The notes beneath the pieces were generated by a model. That model was not told the DNA's origin, made no database searches, and saw only the letters and a list, made by a program, of their open reading frames with translations. From assembly GCA_027002375.1 (NCBI GenBank), contig JALWZX010000060.1, forward strand, positions 1-42,482: a stretch of DNA of 42,482 nt, written 5' to 3'. This document shows positions 38,424 through 42,482 of the stretch, in pieces (within the stretch, counting starts at the first letter, position 1; the number at the start of each line of letters is the position of its first letter). The translations under genes and the position numbers were made by a program. The stretch comes from a candidate division WWE3 bacterium. GTDB taxonomy: Bacteria; Patescibacteriota; WWE3; 2-01-FULL-39-13.

Positions 38424-38437
38424 TTTTATATACTTAG

Positions 38438-39367
38438 ATGAATTATAAAGGCTATAATTTATTTCCAATAGGAATAGGAACATGGGGAATAGGTGGTTTT
38501 GCTTCAAAAGATACTACCAACGATAATAAACAAATCGATGCTTTGATTTACCTTTTAGAACATGGATTGAATTACATATCAATTTGCCATTGGTATGCAA
38601 AAGGCCATGCTACAGAAAATCTAGCAAAAGCAATAACCGAAAGTAGGACTAAAAGAAAAACGTTGTTTATAAACCAGTCAATATATTCACACAACAATAA
38701 GAGTGTAGAAGATATAGAAAGTGAAAGAAAAAAATTTTTTGATACACTGAAATTAGATTATGTTGATTCATTACAGTTAGATTTTGGTGTATTTCAAAAA
38801 TATAATTATTTTGAAGTTATAGATTATTTGAAAAACTTATTATCTAATAAGTTAATTAAGTACGTAAATATAACTAATACTAATTTAGAATTTTTGAAAA
38901 AGTTTTATGAGGAATTCAGTCGTGATATTTTTGCATGTGAATCTGGTTTCAATTTTGAAATAAGAGAAAATTATGATAATGGTGTTTTACCTTTTTGTAC
39001 TAGCCACGATGTATTAAATGTTATATATCAACCTATAAGAAGAAATAGAACAGCTAAAAGAAATTGGAAATTATTAGTAGAGTTAGCTACAAAATATGGT
39101 GTTACTCAAAATCAAATTATACTAAAATGGATAATTAGTAATGGGTATCTACCATTGGTTAAGTCAGAAAATATAGAGCATATTAACGAAAACATAAAGG
39201 CGTTAGATATAGAATTAGAAGAAAAAGATGTCAAGAAATTAAATGAATTTAGAGTTGCGAATTATAAACAACCGAAAATTGATTGGGGTTATGATAAAGA
39301 GGGAATTCCTATATATATGCTAAGTAATGTTTTTGATGAAGAGTACGATAGGCAAGTAAAAAATTAG
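38438..39367 (+). CDS. Aldo/keto reductase-fold protein (degenerate catalytic tetrad)
   Basis: IGIGTWGIGG, L.LDYVD, LA.KYG.T..QI.L.W, VKS....HI.EN. Confidence 0.85.
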   Translation: MNYKGYNLFPIGIGTWGIGGFASKDTTNDNKQIDALIYLLEHGLNYISICHWYAKGHATENLAKAITESRTKRKTLFINQSIYSHNNKSVEDIESERKKFFDTLKLDYVDSLQLDFGVFQKYNYFEVIDYLKNLLSNKLIKYVNITNTNLEFLKKFYEEFSRDIFACESGFNFEIRENYDNGVLPFCTSHDVLNVIYQPIRRNRTAKRNWKLLVELATKYGVTQNQIILKWIISNGYLPLVKSENIEHINENIKALDIELEEKDVKKLNEFRVANYKQPKIDWGYDKEGIPIYMLSNVFDEEYDRQVKN

Positions 39368-39371
39368 TTTG

Positions 39372-39448
39372 CGGGGTGTGGCGCAGTTGGCTAGCGCGTA
39401 CGCATGGGGTGCGTGAGGTCGTGGGTTCAAGTCCCACCACCCCGACCA
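39372..39448 (+). tRNA. tRNA-Pro (GGG), CCA encoded
   Basis: CGGGGTG/CACCCCG acceptor stem, D-arm GCGC/GCGC, anticodon arm TACGC-ATGGGGT-GCGTG, GTTCAA T-loop, ACCA end. Confidence 0.97.
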
Positions 39449-39465
39449 TTATAATTATGTCTGAC
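39444..39465 (+). repeat. 22-bp direct repeat, copy 1 (tRNA 3' end + start codon)
   Basis: gaccattataattatgtctgac, identical at 40020-40041. Confidence 0.92.
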
Positions 39466-39993
39466 TATATAGAAAACGAAGTTAAAATTCTAAACATTGA
39501 TGCACAAGAAGTTGCAAAATTGATAGAAAGGTTAGGTGCAACCAAAGTTTTTGATGGAAAAAGAGTTTTTACAACATTTGATACTACTGATAGGTTCTAT
39601 ACCAAGAACAATACAATCATACGACTGACAGAAGAGGGAAAACTTAAGTTAAGTGTTAGTTATATGAACGAAAATGGTGATAAGGAAACTATTAAATTAT
39701 TTACAAGTAGAAAAAAAGAAACTGTAGATTTCTTGTCTAGATTAAATGTTGTTCCAATTGCAAGAGTAGAATCGCATAGAGTTTCATATGAGCTTGATGA
39801 TATAGATTTCGATATAGACAAGTTTCCTAAAATTCCACCATTTTTAGAGGTTGATATAGGCGCGGATTCAAAATATTCATTAGATGAGTTAGTGAGGAAG
39901 TTAAGGTTGGATGGAAATGAATTAGTTAGTATCGGAACTGAGGATATATATTCTAAATATGGCAAGGATTATTTTGAATTGTTTGCTGTGTAA
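39457..39993 (+). CDS. CYTH-domain (triphosphate tunnel metalloenzyme) protein
   Basis: N-terminal ExExK (ENEVK), IRL, R.SY, DID.FP.IPP.LEV; the ORF-track start at 39376 lies inside the tRNA, so the start is set at ATG 39457. Confidence 0.85.
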   Translation: MSDYIENEVKILNIDAQEVAKLIERLGATKVFDGKRVFTTFDTTDRFYTKNNTIIRLTEEGKLKLSVSYMNENGDKETIKLFTSRKKETVDFLSRLNVVPIARVESHRVSYELDDIDFDIDKFPKIPPFLEVDIGADSKYSLDELVRKLRLDGNELVSIGTEDIYSKYGKDYFELFAV

Positions 39994-40019
39994 GTTTTTG
40001 ATCGAATAATATTTAGTGT

Positions 40020-40041
40020 GACCATTATAATTATGTCTGAC
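40020..40041 (+). repeat. 22-bp direct repeat, copy 2
   Basis: Identical to 39444-39465. Confidence 0.92.
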
Positions 40042-40536
40042 AATGAGATTCTTGATATAGTAAATGAAAAAGATGAGGTGATAGGTACTGCCACGCGAAA
40101 AGATTGTCATTCAAATCCCCATCTAATACATCGTACTGTTCACTTTACATTGGTTGACCCTCGTAACAAAAAAGTCTTAATGACCATTAGGTCAAGAAAA
40201 AAGAAACATGATGGTGGCAAGTATTGCGTGTTGGGCGAACATATTTTATCTGGTAAAACATATATCGATGCTATAAAAAGAGGTGTAAATGAAGAGTTGG
40301 GTTTTGTTCCACAAAAATTCAAAGAGTTGTCACATAATATCTTTACATATGATAATCAAAGGGAATTTGTTCGTTTTTTCATAATTCTTTGGAATAACGA
40401 ACAAATTAAATATGACACGAGTGAAATTGAAGATTTAGTGTGGGTTGACATTGATAAGATTGTATCCGCTGATTTAGATTATTCTGATATGACAAGGTAT
40501 TGGATTAAAACTATCAAATGGAGCGATTCAATGTAA
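40033..40536 (+). CDS. NUDIX-fold hydrolase (IDI/YfcD-like)
   Basis: E.LDIVNE.D.VIG...R..CH....HR.VH; degenerate Nudix box GEHILSGKTYIDAIKRGVNEELG. Confidence 0.85.
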   Translation: MSDNEILDIVNEKDEVIGTATRKDCHSNPHLIHRTVHFTLVDPRNKKVLMTIRSRKKKHDGGKYCVLGEHILSGKTYIDAIKRGVNEELGFVPQKFKELSHNIFTYDNQREFVRFFIILWNNEQIKYDTSEIEDLVWVDIDKIVSADLDYSDMTRYWIKTIKWSDSM

Positions 40537-40595
40537 ATTCTAAAAATTAAACTAATTACAGTGTCCATGTAATCTTGATATAATCTTTCGTATAC

Positions 40596-41801
40596 ATGTC
40601 TGAGACTAATTTATCTGAAACTACTTCCAAAAACTTAAAATCTAATATTTCTAAACTTTATGTTTACAAAGCTCTAACAGGTTCGTTTTTTGCTATTCCA
40701 ATAATGGTTTTGTTTTGGCAAGATAATGGCTTGTCATTTACACAAATAATGGTGCTGCAAGCGTATTTTTCAATATTAATTGTTTTACTTGAAATTCCAA
40801 CTGGGTATTTCGCCGATTTATATGGAAGAAAAGCATCTATCATAGTATCATCATTTGGTTTAGGATTTTCTATTTTAATTTATAGTTTTGGTAAAAGTTA
40901 TTTAACATTCTTTTTGGCTGAAACATTTTTTGCAATACAGGCATCTTTTTATTCAGGTAGTGTATCTGCGTTGCTTTATGACACGTTAGTTGATTTAAAA
41001 GAAGAACATAAATACAAGGAAATTTGGGGCAAATCTATGTCTTATGGTTTGTTTGCATTGGCAATCTCTGGAATAATTGGTGCGTTTGCTGCAAAATATA
41101 ATTTAAGATATGCAATTTGGTTATCCGTTCCATTCTTTCTTGCGACAATTCCATTTGCATTCTCTTTTACCGAACCTACTAGACATAAAATAGTAGTGAA
41201 AAAAGGGTACATGAAAGAATTATTAACAATTGTAAAAGACATATTTTTAAAAGAGAAAAACTTAAGGTGGTTAATAATTTATTCTGCGTTGATATTAGGT
41301 TTGAATAAAGCAGGTGTTTGGACATATCAACCTTATATGAAATTGATTGGTATTGATGTCGTCTACTTTGGCTTTATATTTGCAGGGTTTGCAATATTTA
41401 CAGCTATGATTTCCAAATATGCGTACATTATAGAAAAAAAACTAGGTAAGAGGTGGTCTTTGATTATGTTAGTAATTTTAACTTCGGCTGGTTATTTTTT
41501 TATGGGAACTCTCACGATTAAGTTAAGTTTAGCATTTATTTTTATTGGGCAGTTTGTAAGAGGGTTCAGAAGTGTGGTTGTTACAGATTATATAAATCAG
41601 TTAACAGATTCTAGTATTAGAGCCACGGTTTTGTCTGCAGAAAGTTTGATTGGGAAATTAATATATGCATTAATAATTCCACTTATTGGGTGGGTAGCTG
41701 ATGTGTTTTCACTAGAACAGGCTTTATTGATGGTGGGGATAGTTACACTGTTAGTTGGTGGTATATTGCTTGGCATAATGAAAAACGATCATGTGATCTA
41801 A
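40596..41801 (+). CDS. MFS transporter
   Basis: ~12 TM helices, motif A EIPTGYFADLYGRK, SG...ALLYD, RATVLS. Confidence 0.92.
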   Translation: MSETNLSETTSKNLKSNISKLYVYKALTGSFFAIPIMVLFWQDNGLSFTQIMVLQAYFSILIVLLEIPTGYFADLYGRKASIIVSSFGLGFSILIYSFGKSYLTFFLAETFFAIQASFYSGSVSALLYDTLVDLKEEHKYKEIWGKSMSYGLFALAISGIIGAFAAKYNLRYAIWLSVPFFLATIPFAFSFTEPTRHKIVVKKGYMKELLTIVKDIFLKEKNLRWLIIYSALILGLNKAGVWTYQPYMKLIGIDVVYFGFIFAGFAIFTAMISKYAYIIEKKLGKRWSLIMLVILTSAGYFFMGTLTIKLSLAFIFIGQFVRGFRSVVVTDYINQLTDSSIRATVLSAESLIGKLIYALIIPLIGWVADVFSLEQALLMVGIVTLLVGGILLGIMKNDHVI

Positions 41802-41803
41802 AA

Positions 41804-42481
41804 TTAATAATTTGTAGACTTGAGGTTAAGTTCGTATATTAATATACTTTCTCTGTTGGTAGAAGTTTTAGCTACGATGGTTCCATATGGGTCAACTATC
41901 ATTGTTTCACCTATGCTAGTTGTAACAAAAACTTTTTCAGACTTTGTTCTTATGGTTTGTTTGTCTGCATAATTTACATACAGAAAGTAACAACGGTTTT
42001 CTATTGCTCTAGCTCTTGTCAATGTCTGAACAATGTTCGTCTCAATATTTTTTGGAACATATTTTTTATATATGTAACTATCTTCATGCGACCATAATGA
42101 TATGTTAATAATCATGTTTATATCTTTTGAATATTTGCTAGATAACGATGGGGAATTTAAATCTGCGCATATTTGAATTGCAACTAAATTATTATTAAAT
42201 GCAACAAATTCTAATTTATCAGTATTGTCATTACTTAGAACTCTCTTTTCGTCTGCCCATAAATGATTCTTATAATACCAGTGAAGAATCTCTCCATTCC
42301 AATCGACAAAACAAGTTGAATTATAATATTTATTATCGCCAAACTTAAAACCACGCACTTTAGTGCGTGGATGGAGTTGGTCAACAATAGTAATTGGCGA
42401 TAAGAAACCACGGGCTTTAGCCCGTGGAGTTTCATTATTCTCTTTAAGAATAAAACTTCCAGGAATAATGTTTATCTTACG
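41804..42481 (-). CDS. Carbon-nitrogen hydrolase (nitrilase superfamily), 5'-partial, with an in-frame insertion
   Basis: Frame is open from the window edge: INIIPGSF...YYNS...YYKNHLW (catalytic K), QICADL (catalytic C), RARAIEN, IVDPYG. Confidence 0.88.
   Translation of the reverse strand, partial: RKINIIPGSFILKENNETPRAKARGFLSPITIVDQLHPRTKVRGFKFGDNKYYNSTCFVDWNGEILHWYYKNHLWADEKRVLSNDNTDKLEFVAFNNNLVAIQICADLNSPSLSSKYSKDINMIINISLWSHEDSYIYKKYVPKNIETNIVQTLTRARAIENRCYFLYVNYADKQTIRTKSEKVFVTTSIGETMIVDPYGTIVAKTSTNRESILIYELNLKSTNY
42333..42434 (+). mobile_element. ~100-bp non-autonomous IS200/IS605-end-like palindromic element (PATE/MITE-like)
   Basis: Hairpins ccacgcac-ttta-gtgcgtgg and ccacgggc-ttta-gcccgtgg, 10-bp IR ttatcgccaa/ttggcgataa, end GGAGTTTCA; second partial copy at 38376. 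Confidence 0.8.
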
Positions 42482-42482
42482 T

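Noticed and set aside
39376-39456. N-terminal 27 aa of the 205-aa ORF
   Set aside because: It is a translation of the tRNA-Pro gene; the CYTH motif begins right after ATG 39457
42235-42435. 66-aa minus ORF MKLHGLKPVVS...
   Set aside because: Out-of-frame translation of the palindromic element within the nitrilase gene; not a transposase
62-42482. Alternative genetic code (UGA=Gly, as in Gracilibacteria/Absconditabacteria)
   Set aside because: TGA ends secD, rplD, rplP, rplO and infA at the expected positions, and conserved genes have no internal TGA

Overview
Core-genome window of an AT-rich bacterium using genetic code 11 (TGA is a stop), most likely a Patescibacterium/CPR (inferred from the missing rpmD/L30, shortened RpoB and L3, and mostly SD-less starts; WWE3/Microgenomates-like is a guess). 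Gene order: secD-secF, a sugar-phosphate nucleotidyltransferase, murA, a 45-codon murB remnant, an atypical mraY, rpoB-rpoC-rpsL-rpsG, an inserted block (radC, yhaM-like nuclease, GT2 glycosyltransferase), fusA-tuf, the S10-spc-alpha superoperon (with a YbaB-like gene after secY), rplM-rpsI, then an accessory tail around tRNA-Pro(GGG): AKR, CYTH, NUDIX, MFS and a nitrilase-family gene. Main observations: (1) an IS200/IS605-end-like two-hairpin mini-element inserted in frame in the nitrilase gene, with a second partial copy; (2) a ~270-nt densely folded candidate RNA upstream of fusA; (3) an EF-G with non-canonical G4/G5 motifs (NKIN, GGDYRG); (4) antibiotic-resistance-type residues in EF-G, S12 and RpoB; (5) a 22-bp direct repeat joining the tRNA 3' end to a start codon and bracketing a one-gene cassette; (6) a 117-bp four-hairpin dispersed repeat; (7) strong SD motifs confined to coupled gene junctions. 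All calls are by eye; no searches were run.
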